NCBI GenBank assembly: GCA_040877915.1
Contig: JBBDNA010000009.1
Coordinates: 15,003 to 79,002, forward strand
Direction: 5' to 3'
DNA length: 64,000 bases
Origin: Dehalococcoidia bacterium
Lineage (GTDB): Bacteria > Chloroflexota > Dehalococcoidia > SM23-28-2 > RBG-16-64-32
The notes below the pieces were generated by a model. The model saw only the letters and a list, made by a program, of their open reading frames with translations, was not told where the DNA came from and did not search any database. Position 1 is the stretch's first letter, and the number at the start of each line of letters is the position of its first letter. This document shows positions 46,287-54,933 of the stretch, piece after piece. A program made the position numbers and the translations under genes.

Positions 46287-46429
46287 TGTCGAACCTCCTT
46301 ACGGTGCGTTTCCTCCTCATCGGGACGTTTCTCGTCCGACGAGGTCCTGACCGTATTTCGGAGGAAGGCAGCGGACGGATCACCCAGGGAGAGGGTGAAT
46401 GCTGGAATTCGCGGGCGGCGCGCCGGCGG

Positions 46430-47134
46430 CTAGATGTCGGCCTGGAGGACGGGGGCGCTCGTCGGCTGGGGGCTTCCGCCGGCGGGCTCCACGGTGATGG
46501 CGACGGAATCGGCGCCCGTCAGGTCCACCTCTATCGAGGCGGCGGCCTCGCCCCCCTCGGACGTATTGAAGGTGCCGATACCGGTGGCCACGCCGTCGCT
46601 CAGCGTCCAGACCTGGTACGTCAGGTCCACGTCCAGGGAGTCGAGACCGGCCACCGTCATCACGCCCAGCCGCTCGTCCGCGATGTAGAGGATGCGACCC
46701 TGGGCGCCACCGCTGCCCGCCAGGGTGTGGACGGAGACGCCGCCGCCGCCGTCCTCCAGCTGAAGCGACACGTTCCAGCCGATGAGCGCCGCCACCACCA
46801 GCGCGAGCGCGGCCGCGACCGCGTACGGCGCGACAGGGGGCGAGAACATGCGGCGCCAAAAGCCCGCGGCCGCCACGGGTCGGGCCCCCCGCTCCGATTT
46901 GGCCGCGGGCGTGTCCCCCTCGCGAATGGCCGACATGAGGCGCGTCTTAAGGGCGGCCGGTGGCTCCCTCTCCTCGGCGGCCCAGGCCAGGCTAGCCGCG
47001 ACCGCCCGCAGGTCCGCGATCTCCGGGTGGCGCGAGCAGCCCTGGAGGTGCTCCTCCACCTCCCCCTCCGTCTCCGGTGGAAGAGCGCCCAGCGCGTACG
47101 CCGCGGCCAGCTCCTCGATCTCTTCGCAGTTCAT
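46430..47134 (-). CDS. anti-sigma factor (zf-HC2 N-terminus, single TM, RskA-like C-terminal domain)
   Basis: CEEIEELAAAYALGAL...EEHLQGCSRHPE (HxxxCxxH variant of the zinc anti-sigma motif) and one TM (YAVAAALALVVAALIGW). A 4-nt overlap joins it to the sigma gene. Confidence 0.8.
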   Translation of the reverse strand: MNCEEIEELAAAYALGALPPETEGEVEEHLQGCSRHPEIADLRAVAASLAWAAEEREPPAALKTRLMSAIREGDTPAAKSERGARPVAAAGFWRRMFSPPVAPYAVAAALALVVAALIGWNVSLQLEDGGGGVSVHTLAGSGGAQGRILYIADERLGVMTVAGLDSLDVDLTYQVWTLSDGVATGIGTFNTSEGGEAAASIEVDLTGADSVAITVEPAGGSPQPTSAPVLQADI

Positions 47135-47727
47135 CGATGCGCTTCCATCTTCAGCTCCCGCCGGAGCTTGTCCAGCCCCAGCCGCAGCCGGCTCTTCACC
47201 GTCCCGAGGGGAACGCCCAGGGAATCGGCGATCTCCACGTGAGTCATCCCTTCGAAGTAGGCCATCTCGATCGGGGCGCGCTGTTCCGGCGGGAGCGATT
47301 CCAGCGCCCGCCGCACCGCCTGGCGACCCTGGTCCTCGGCCACGCCCTCGGCGACGTCCGGCACACCCTGCTCTAGCACCGAGTCCAGGGACGGCTGGCC
47401 AAAGCTCAGGCCCTTTCGCGAGCGCACCAGGTCAACCGCCTTGTGGTGGACGAGGGTCATCAACAGCGAGCTCACTCTTCCCCGCGACGGGTCTAGCCGC
47501 TCGGCCTGGCGCCAGAGCGACATGAAAGCCTCCTGCACCACATCCTCCGCCGAGGCACCGTCGCCCAGGATACGATACGCGAGGCCGAACGCCTGCCTTC
47601 CCATCCGATCGTAGAGCAGCTCCATCGCTTGTGGGTCCCTCCGACGAATGCCGTCGGCGAGCTGGTCGTATTCGTCGTCGCCATCGGTAGTTCGGCTGGA
47701 GTCGTCCATCGGATCAGCGGAAGGCAA
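47131..47727 (-). CDS. ECF (group IV) sigma-70 factor
   Basis: Region 2 (AEDVVQEAFMSLWRQ) and region 4 HTH (YFEGMTHVEIADSLGVPLGTVKSRLR). Confidence 0.9.
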   Translation of the reverse strand: MPSADPMDDSSRTTDGDDEYDQLADGIRRRDPQAMELLYDRMGRQAFGLAYRILGDGASAEDVVQEAFMSLWRQAERLDPSRGRVSSLLMTLVHHKAVDLVRSRKGLSFGQPSLDSVLEQGVPDVAEGVAEDQGRQAVRRALESLPPEQRAPIEMAYFEGMTHVEIADSLGVPLGTVKSRLRLGLDKLRRELKMEAHR

Positions 47728-47810
47728 GGCGACCGCAGTAACATTCTAACGTGGCGCCCGCGCAGTAACACTAAGAAGTCTTATCGATAGGTCGGAACTA
47801 TCAGGGCTTC

Positions 47811-48560
47811 CTACGCTCGAGTCAGTAGCACTGCCACCGCCAACGCCGCCACGGCCCCCGCCAGCACTGTCAGCGCCCGTTCCTCGACGGCGAGCACCCA
47901 GCGCCGGTCGATGCGCTCCCTGCCGCCGTCCGCATAGGTGACCTCGCCCTCGATCGTGCTTACACGGCGCCGGACCGCGCGGACTCGAGAGCTGAGCGTG
48001 CGTTGGGCCAGGCTGAGGAAGAAGGCGGCGAGCGCTCCGACGACAGCCGCGGGCTCGAACCGCTCGGCCGTAACCCAATAAGCAGTGAGCAGGGGGAAAG
48101 CGCCCCAGGCGAGCGCGAACCAGGCGTCAGAGTGGAAGAGCCCGCCGAACAACTCCAGGTTGTAGGCGAGGACGATGAAGGCGCCGAAGACGACGAAGGC
48201 GAGTAGCCAGAGAGAGACCTCGACCGCGCCCAGGACACCCAGCCCTATCGCGCCCACCAGTGAGGCGGCGGCCAGGAGGCCAAGGACCGGGGAGGGAATG
48301 CGCGTACGTAGCGGTCGGCCGTTCAGCTCATCGAGGGCGTGAGCGGCGATACCCACAGCCAGGAAGAACGCGAGCAGCGCAGCACCAAGACGGTCGTAGT
48401 GAAGCGTTGGGGCGAGCGCCGCCCCCAGCACCACGTAGCTGAGGTGCCAAAGCGTGTACGGCGGGTGGAGCAGCGTGACGTAGTCGCGCCACGAGCCCAG
48501 CTCCAGCGCGTAGAACGCCGCCCGCCCGCGGGGCTCGTCCAGGGCGCGCTCGCCCCTCAC
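47811..48560 (-). CDS. hypothetical integral membrane protein (about 7 TM)
   Basis: Hydrophobic ORF. GTG 48560 forms a GTGA overlap with the stop of the upstream methyltransferase gene. It has a HALDELNGRP block but no clear UbiA motifs. Confidence 0.5.
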   Translation of the reverse strand: MRGERALDEPRGRAAFYALELGSWRDYVTLLHPPYTLWHLSYVVLGAALAPTLHYDRLGAALLAFFLAVGIAAHALDELNGRPLRTRIPSPVLGLLAAASLVGAIGLGVLGAVEVSLWLLAFVVFGAFIVLAYNLELFGGLFHSDAWFALAWGAFPLLTAYWVTAERFEPAAVVGALAAFFLSLAQRTLSSRVRAVRRRVSTIEGEVTYADGGRERIDRRWVLAVEERALTVLAGAVAALAVAVLLTRA

Positions 48561-49258
48561 CGCTTCCGGCCCCAGGTGACGATGGCGCCGCCCAGCGAAA
48601 GCCGCCTCGACCGGACGTCCGCGAATCCGCACTTGCGCCAGATCTGCAGCAGCCGCTCCTCCGGCCAGAACTCGTAGAAGCTACGGATGCTCGGGCCCAG
48701 GAACGAGCCGACGAGGCGCCAGTTGGAGGAGAACAGAGCCCCGCCCAGAGGCAGGCCGACGGCGGTGTACAGTCGCCACAGTGGGTAGGCGACCCCGTGC
48801 GGCACGGCGAACTCCAGCGATGCCATGACGCCACCTGGTTTCAGGACCCGCGCGAGCTCGGCGATGGTGGCGGGCACGTCCTCAACGTAGCGGAGGAGGT
48901 ACGTAAACACGACCGCGTCGAAGGCTGCGTCCGCGAACGGCATCGCCTCCGCCGTGCACTCCGTGAGGTCGATGCGCGGTACCCCATTCCGTGCCGAGCG
49001 CGCCGCCGCCTGCATCAACATCGGGCGGGTGATATCGGCGGCGATCACCCGCAAGCCGTTCCGTGCATTCAGGCGGAGGGCGACGGCGCCGGTGCCGGTC
49101 GCCATGTCCAGGACACGACCCACGGCCTGGCCATCTAGCCGCGAGAGCAGGAAGTCGTGCCAGCGGGAGTACTGAAGAAGGCTAAGGAACTGGGCGGGCC
49201 GGTCGTAGTTGTCAGCGATAGGGGAGAAGATTTGACGGGGTGCGGCGGCGGCGGGCAT
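48557..49258 (-). CDS. class I SAM-dependent methyltransferase (UbiE/COQ5-like)
   Basis: FSPIADNYDRPAQFLS, VLDMATGTGAV (motif I) and LKPGGVMASLEF. A GGAGAT RBS precedes ATG 49258. Confidence 0.8.
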   Translation of the reverse strand: MPAAAAPRQIFSPIADNYDRPAQFLSLLQYSRWHDFLLSRLDGQAVGRVLDMATGTGAVALRLNARNGLRVIAADITRPMLMQAAARSARNGVPRIDLTECTAEAMPFADAAFDAVVFTYLLRYVEDVPATIAELARVLKPGGVMASLEFAVPHGVAYPLWRLYTAVGLPLGGALFSSNWRLVGSFLGPSIRSFYEFWPEERLLQIWRKCGFADVRSRRLSLGGAIVTWGRKR

Positions 49259-49454
49259 CGGATCTCCGGTCTTGGGGCGGCGCGCTGCCCATTGTAGCAC
49301 GCATGGAATTGCGGCCTCTGGCGGCGGCTTAACGCCCTGACCCGGCTGATGTAGGCTGGCCCCGCTGGAGTCGTCGGTGGGTTACCCCCCGGCCCGGATG
49401 ATAACGATCCCTCGGGCCGCGGCCTAGCCCCCTTACGGTTGGCCCCCGGCGGCT

Positions 49455-50094
49455 TCGACTCCTCGGGCAATCCGAGCAGCTCCACCGCCCTACGCACGTT
49501 GTCAGGGCTGATGGCGATGAAGTGGTCCATCCCGGCGGCCGCACGGTTCATCTCCTCCCTCCATAACGCTGACCAAGATCCGGCAACGTTCCCGCTCGCC
49601 ATCTCCTCCAGCATCTTGAGCTCGGTCCCGTGGAGGTGGGCGATCTTAACAGCATCTCTCAAGGAGGGCTGCCCGAGCGCTGCCGAGTGAAGGTGGTTCA
49701 GATGGTGCAAGTGGAGAACATGGAAGCTGGACCGCGCGCCCGCATGCGAGAGCACGCCACGCCAGCTAGTTGCTAGAGCTCGGAGTTGCTGCGGGCCCAC
49801 CTTGTGAAAGGCGCGGTCCGGCACCCCGGGCTTGTCCTCATAGCTGGGATGCATAGGGACCGCCAGCTCGGGCGACATCGGATCGCGGCCGGCGTCAAAA
49901 CCCTTGATCGCCTCCGTGTAGTCCACCTCCAGCAGCGGGAGGCCCGAGTAGAAGCTGCGGGAGTCCGCCCCCGCCTCGGCGCCCCTCAAGGAGCCAGAGG
50001 CCACGGTGACATCGTGTCCTCGCTCCGTCAGGGCTCGGGACAAGTAACGCACCACTTGCGCGCTGCCCCCTCGCGGGTAGAAGACGATCCCCAT
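49455..50094 (-). pseudogene. GT4-family glycosyltransferase, N-terminal half only (3'-truncated)
   Basis: MGIVFYPRGGSAQVVRYLSRALTERGHDVTVASGS...HFIAISPDNVRRAVELLGLPEES. The ORF then continues as low-complexity sequence overlapping the next gene, and the C-terminal GT-B domain is absent. Confidence 0.5.
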
Positions 50095-50195
50095 CAGGAC
50101 TCGAAGACCCCCTGTGCTCTCAGGGGATGGCTGCAGGACTATTCGACGCTGCGCGGTACACCACCTCCCGCTCTCGATTCGCCCGGGCCGCGGTC

Positions 50196-50335
50196 ATGTT
50201 GACGCAACGCCGAGGGCTGGTCAAGCGTCGATCTTGTGTGACACACGCTAGCCCGGTCATTACGGCATTTTCGGCCAAGTGTTGTACCGGTAAGACGACC
50301 ATCGCCATCAACCTTGCCGTCGCCGCCAGCAAGCG
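50196..50335 (+). pseudogene. possible ParA/MinD-like P-loop ATPase N-terminal fragment (weak)
   Basis: PVITAFSAKCCTGKTTIAINLAVAAS resembles VIAxxSxKGGxGKTTxAxNLA with GG replaced by CC. It is truncated where the opposite-strand ATPase fragment ends. Confidence 0.2.
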
Positions 50336-50821
50336 GGCGTCCGCGGGAACACGATCGCCGCGCTGCACGGCGACTGTGTCGCCGGGCACGATGGCATTGG
50401 CCTGTATCCTGTGCGCCACTCCGTCCCGGAACACCCGTGCTCCCAGGGGCACTCGTCGGTGAAGGGCCTGAACTAGCTCGCTGGCCCTGTACTCCTGCCA
50501 GAAGCTGAATGCCCCGTTGATGAGGACGATGGCGATTATCGCCCAGCCGAGCTGCGGTAGTTCGGCCAGGAAGGCCAACAGGGCGGCGGCCCAGAGCATA
50601 AGCGCCAGGATGTGGCTGATCTGACCGAGGATGAGGCGGAAGAGATGGGAAGTCCGTGCTGCGGGAAGCTGGTTGGGCCCGAAGCGCCGCAGCCTGCGCT
50701 CGGCTTCCTGGCTGGACAGGCCGGCCAGCTGCGCGCCCAGCGCATCGAGGATCTGGTCTCGATCGAGCGTGACAGCCTCTGCCGGAGAAGGGACGAGGCC
50801 GTCGCCGGAACCCGGTGTCAT
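50320..50821 (-). pseudogene. P-type cation ATPase, N-terminal ~165 codons only (3'-truncated)
   Basis: GLSSQEAERRLRRFGPNQLP (Cation_ATPase_N), TM1-2 and the start of the actuator domain (IVPGDTVAVQRGDRVPADARLLAA). Similarity then stops. Confidence 0.6.
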
Positions 50822-51108
50822 TGTCTGGCTGGGACCTCCGATCTGGGCCGTTGTCAGCTAAATTATGCCTGACTTCGCCCAGCAGGTGTTTCAACCGGTC
50901 AAGTTTAATACCGAGCTAGCGACTCCAAGGGGCGGGCCGACGACGTCGCCTAGACGTGCCACGCCGCCGACGCCAGACCGGCGGTGGCGCCGGACACGTT
51001 CGCGGACGACCGCTAGAACCGGCTGACCCAGGCCGCCAGCGATCCAGGGTTCAGTGCGAAGTCATGGCCACCAGGTATCGCTGCCGTCCCTCAGGCGTTA
51101 TAATCTGT

Positions 51109-51114
51109 GGAGAC
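51109..51114 (+). promoter_or_regulatory. TATAAT -10 box about 10 nt upstream of the riboswitch closing helix
   Basis: A perfect TATAAT is rare in this GC-rich window. No convincing -35 is present. Confidence 0.4.
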
Positions 51115-51119
51115 AAGAT

Positions 51120-51250
51120 CAAAGATGCCGCCGAACTCCCACTCAAATGGGAAGCGGGCGAACCGCGTCCAGGTGAATCTCGCACAGGCGAGTAGGGCAA
51201 GCCTTTCAGCCCGAACCGTGAGCTAAGCCCGCAGGCGTAGGAGAGGCCTC
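51120..51250 (+). ncRNA. candidate c-di-AMP riboswitch (ydaO/yuaA class)
   Basis: Hand-folded elements:
- Closing helix AUGCC / GGCGU.
- GCCGAAC followed by hairpin UCCCA...UGGGA.
- GCGGGC (51154-59) pairs with GCCCGC (51227-32).
- GAACC.
- GGUGAAUC followed by hairpin CUCGC...GCGAG.
- UAGGGC...GCCC.
- CCCGAACC and AGCUAA.
The order and sequence of the blocks match the remembered ydaO consensus. Confidence 0.7.
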
Positions 51251-51316
51251 TTGTTACGACGGCGGCGGGTTGCCTCCCGCCGACCGCCCAACCGAAGTCG
51301 TATTGGAGGTCGTTGC

Positions 51317-52441
51317 ATGAGAATCCTTCAAGTCGCACCCTTGTGGGAGAGGGTTCCCCCGCCCGCATACGGCGGGACGGAGGCTGTCGTCAGTGTACTC
51401 ACCGACGGCTTGGTGCGGGCTGGCCACGAGGTCGTGCTCTGCGCCTCGGGCGACTCTTTGAGCCTCGCCACGGTTTCGTCGGTCTACCCCCACAGTCTGC
51501 GCACCGCCCACGGGATCAAGGACGGTACGCCGTACGACTGGGTGCACGCCGCCGAGGCGATCCAGGCGAGCCGCGAGTTCGACGTCGTCCATAACCACGC
51601 GGGCGAGCCGGTGCTTGCCCTGGCCGGCCTCACTGAGACGCCAATGCTGACTACGATGCACTGCCTGATCACCCCGGACACCAGGATCGTCTGGGACCGC
51701 TACGCGGGGCACTACAACACCGTCAGCCGCGCCCAGCTTCGCGCTCTCCCGGCGCTGGAAAGAGCCCGCTACGCCGGCGCGGTTCACAACGCGATTGACG
51801 TGGCGAGTTTCCCCTTCACAGAGATCAAGGAGGACTACCTCCTGTGCCTCAACCGGATAGCGCCTGAGAAGGGTACCCACCTGGCCGTCGAAGTGGCCCG
51901 TAAAACGGGCCGTAAGCTGATCATCGCCGGCAAGGTGGACCGGGTGGACCGAGACTACTACGAGGGTGCGGTCGCGCCCCTCGTCGATGGACAGCAGGTC
52001 GCCTACGTGGGCGAAGCGGACTCCACGATGAAGAGGGACCTCTACGCTGGGGCGGCCTGCTTGCTAAACCCCATCTGCTGGGAGGAGCCCTTCGGCCTCG
52101 TGCCGGTGGAGGCGATGGCCTGCGGCACTCCCGTCATCGCCTTCTCCCGAGGGGCGATGCCGGAAGTCGTCATTGATGGCGAGACCGGCTTTCTCGTCCG
52201 GGACGTCGACTCCATGGCGGCTGCGGTTGAAAGGATCGACTCGATAGAGCCGGTAAGCTGCCGCAATCACGTTGAAGCGAACTTCGACGTTCCCGTGATG
52301 GTTGAGGGCTACTTGCAGCTCTACCGAGAGATCGTGGAGCCCCGGGCCCACCTGCGGGCACGGCCACCAGTGGAGCCCGTGCCAACGTTCTACAGTAGGG
52401 ACGGAGAGGCCGCCGAGCGGGCGACCGTTCTGAGAGGGTGA
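51317..52441 (+). CDS. GT4-family glycosyltransferase
   Basis: MRILQVAPLWERVPPPAYGGTEAVVSVLTDGLVRAGHEV and the C-terminal E(x7)E-like region (WEEPFGLVPVEAMACGTPVIA). A GGAGG RBS precedes ATG 51317. Confidence 0.85.
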   Translation: MRILQVAPLWERVPPPAYGGTEAVVSVLTDGLVRAGHEVVLCASGDSLSLATVSSVYPHSLRTAHGIKDGTPYDWVHAAEAIQASREFDVVHNHAGEPVLALAGLTETPMLTTMHCLITPDTRIVWDRYAGHYNTVSRAQLRALPALERARYAGAVHNAIDVASFPFTEIKEDYLLCLNRIAPEKGTHLAVEVARKTGRKLIIAGKVDRVDRDYYEGAVAPLVDGQQVAYVGEADSTMKRDLYAGAACLLNPICWEEPFGLVPVEAMACGTPVIAFSRGAMPEVVIDGETGFLVRDVDSMAAAVERIDSIEPVSCRNHVEANFDVPVMVEGYLQLYREIVEPRAHLRARPPVEPVPTFYSRDGEAAERATVLRG

Positions 52442-52446
52442 CAACT

Positions 52447-52737
52447 ATGAGGGTACTGCGGCCGATAAACCAGACTTACAGCCCACTGGTGCAAGAGGAG
52501 GAACTTCGGCGCCGGCTTCGGGCGGCAGGCGTGTGCGACTCCTCAAAGGTGCGACTGACTGTGACGGCTCACAGGCTTTTCGTCGATGGCTTCGTCGACA
52601 GTGTGGATGAGAAGCTCAGAGTGGAGAGGGTGTGCCATCAGCTGGCGCCCGCCAGCAGTGTTGTGAACCGGCTCCGTGTCGCCGCCGCCGCCGAAGGAGA
52701 CAATCGGCCGACGCTTGATGTCTCCGCCACACGCTAA
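52447..52737 (+). CDS. BON-domain protein
   Basis: KVRLTVTAHRLFVDGFVDSVDEKLRVERVCHQLAPASSVVNRLRV fits the BON pattern. A GAGGG RBS is present. Confidence 0.55.
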   Translation: MRVLRPINQTYSPLVQEEELRRRLRAAGVCDSSKVRLTVTAHRLFVDGFVDSVDEKLRVERVCHQLAPASSVVNRLRVAAAAEGDNRPTLDVSATR

Positions 52738-52785
52738 TTGATATCAGGAGGACCGCTTAAGGGTCCCCACGGCGTAACTTGGCGC

Positions 52786-54933
52786 ATGCTTCCGGAAGGG
52801 GAGGCCCGCGTCATCGAGGACATCCGGGACGCACTCGTCATCCGCGAGGACGGGTTGTTCCTGCTGACTGACAGCGACGGCAGCATCCCCGCCAAGAACG
52901 ACAGTGGATTTGGCCTCTACCACAACGATACGCGATACGTCTCCACCTGGGAGCTCTCCCTGATCGGTGTCGAGCCCATCGTCCTCGTCTCTACCGCTGA
53001 GCTGGGCTTCGGGCAGGAGCAGGTGATGACCAACCCAGAGCTCATAAACGAACAGGGAGAGACGCTGCCGAGTGGCAGCCTGGAGATCCGAAGGCAGCGC
53101 GTCCTGGATCAGGGACTCATTGAAAGCGTGCGGGTCACCAACTTCGCTACCATTCCGCTGAATCTGACCCTTCAGTACGAGTTCGACGCCGATTTCGCGG
53201 ACATCTTCGAACTCCGGGGCCTGCGGCGCCGTCGGCGGGGGCGCTTCCTTAAGACGCGCCTCCATCGGGCGGCAGTCACGTTCGCCTACCGTGGCCTGGA
53301 CGAGCTAACCCGACGCGTGAGGATTCAGTTTCGGCGCGAGCCCAACGTGCTCAGGCGTCACGGCGCGATCATCCACCTGAAGCTGAAGCCGGGGAAGTCT
53401 GAGGAGATCGGCGCCGCCATAGTGGTGGACCTTCCCGGCGGTGCCGGCACTGGCTCAGCACGGCAGTCCGCAGTAAGCGTGGGAGATAGCCACCGACAGT
53501 GGAGGGAATCCAGCGCCCGCATTCTCACCAGCAACGACCTGTTCAACGCCGCTATCGATCGCTCGATTGCTGACCTGCGGCTGCTGTGGACCGAAAATGG
53601 CCCGGACCTGAGTTACGTCGCCGCCGGCGTCCCCTGGTTCGACACCCTCTTCGGCCGCGACTCGGCCCTGGCAGCCTACATGTCGCTGGCCTATCGACCC
53701 CAGATGGCCCGCGACGTCCTTCGCTGCCTGGCTCGCTTCCAGGGCACGGTGCTGGACGATTCCCGTGAGGAGGAGCCGGGAAAGATCGTCCACGAGACCC
53801 GAATGTGCGAGACGGCAAACACTGACGAGGTGGTGTTCGGCCGGTACTACGGCAGCATAGATTCAACACCCCTGTTCATCATGCTCGCGGCGGAGTACTA
53901 CCGTTGGACTGCGGATCTCGAGCTCATGCGCGAGATGCGGCACTCCCTGGACGCTGCGTTGGCCTGGATGGACAGTTCCGGCGACATGGACGGCGATGGC
54001 TACCTGGAGTACCGGAAGAAAACCCCCCATGGTCTGGACAACCAGGGCTGGAAGGATTCCGGGGACGGCATCGTCGATGCAGACGGCAATCTTCTGGAGC
54101 CGCCCATAGCCCTTGTGGAAGTCCAAGGTTACGCATACGCTGCGAAACACGCCATCGCCGATGTGTACGATGCGCTGAGCGATGGCCCGCGCGCGCGCCA
54201 ACTGCGGCAGGATGCGGCGGCACTGCGCCGACGCATCAATGCCGACTTCTGGACGGACGAAGGCTACTATGCCCTAGCGCTGGACGCGGACAAGAGACCG
54301 GCGAAGGTGCCCACGTCCAACGCTGGCCAGCTCCTCTGGTGCGGGGCCGCGACGCGGCAGAAGGCGCGGCGCCAGATCGGGCGGCTGATGCGCAACGACA
54401 TGTTCAGCGGCTGGGGTATACGGACCCTGAACACCGGTGCCAGGCGATACAACCCGCTGGGCTACCATCTGGGGACAATCTGGCCCCACGACAACGCCCT
54501 GATCCTGGCCGGTCTCAAGCGGTACGGGGCCGAGGCGGAACTCAACGAAATCGCGACGGCCTTGTGCGATGCGGCGTTTGCTTTCCCCTACTTTCGTCTA
54601 CCGGAGCTGTTTAGCGGCACCCCGCGCGCGGCCCACCAAGCGCCGGTGCCGTATCCTGTGGCCTGCAGGCCACAGGCATTCGCTGCGGCGGCACTGCCCT
54701 ACCTCCTAACCTCCGTCCTCGGCCTAGCACCGGACGCCCCTCAGGGGCGGCTGTCTATAGTAAAGCCCAGGCTGCCGTTCTGGCTGGACTTCGTTCGCGT
54801 GTCCGGCCTGCGGGTGGGCGAGGTAACGCTGGACCTCATCTACCACCGCCGAAGATCGCGCACCATAGTGGAGGTCATCGGTCAGACGGGACCCCTTGAA
54901 ATCGTCCAGACGGACCGCTGGCCGGCGCGTTAG
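52786..54933 (+). CDS. amylo-alpha-1,6-glucosidase / glycogen-debranching-enzyme-like (alpha/alpha)6-barrel glycoside hydrolase
   Basis: N-terminal GDE_N-like region (FLLTDSDGSIPAKNDSGFGLYHNDTRY), the GVPWFDTLFGRDSALAAYM block and a C-terminal (alpha/alpha)6-like region (WPHDNALILAGL). The start is ATG 52786 or TTG 52738. Confidence 0.8.
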   Translation: MLPEGEARVIEDIRDALVIREDGLFLLTDSDGSIPAKNDSGFGLYHNDTRYVSTWELSLIGVEPIVLVSTAELGFGQEQVMTNPELINEQGETLPSGSLEIRRQRVLDQGLIESVRVTNFATIPLNLTLQYEFDADFADIFELRGLRRRRRGRFLKTRLHRAAVTFAYRGLDELTRRVRIQFRREPNVLRRHGAIIHLKLKPGKSEEIGAAIVVDLPGGAGTGSARQSAVSVGDSHRQWRESSARILTSNDLFNAAIDRSIADLRLLWTENGPDLSYVAAGVPWFDTLFGRDSALAAYMSLAYRPQMARDVLRCLARFQGTVLDDSREEEPGKIVHETRMCETANTDEVVFGRYYGSIDSTPLFIMLAAEYYRWTADLELMREMRHSLDAALAWMDSSGDMDGDGYLEYRKKTPHGLDNQGWKDSGDGIVDADGNLLEPPIALVEVQGYAYAAKHAIADVYDALSDGPRARQLRQDAAALRRRINADFWTDEGYYALALDADKRPAKVPTSNAGQLLWCGAATRQKARRQIGRLMRNDMFSGWGIRTLNTGARRYNPLGYHLGTIWPHDNALILAGLKRYGAEAELNEIATALCDAAFAFPYFRLPELFSGTPRAAHQAPVPYPVACRPQAFAAAALPYLLTSVLGLAPDAPQGRLSIVKPRLPFWLDFVRVSGLRVGEVTLDLIYHRRRSRTIVEVIGQTGPLEIVQTDRWPAR

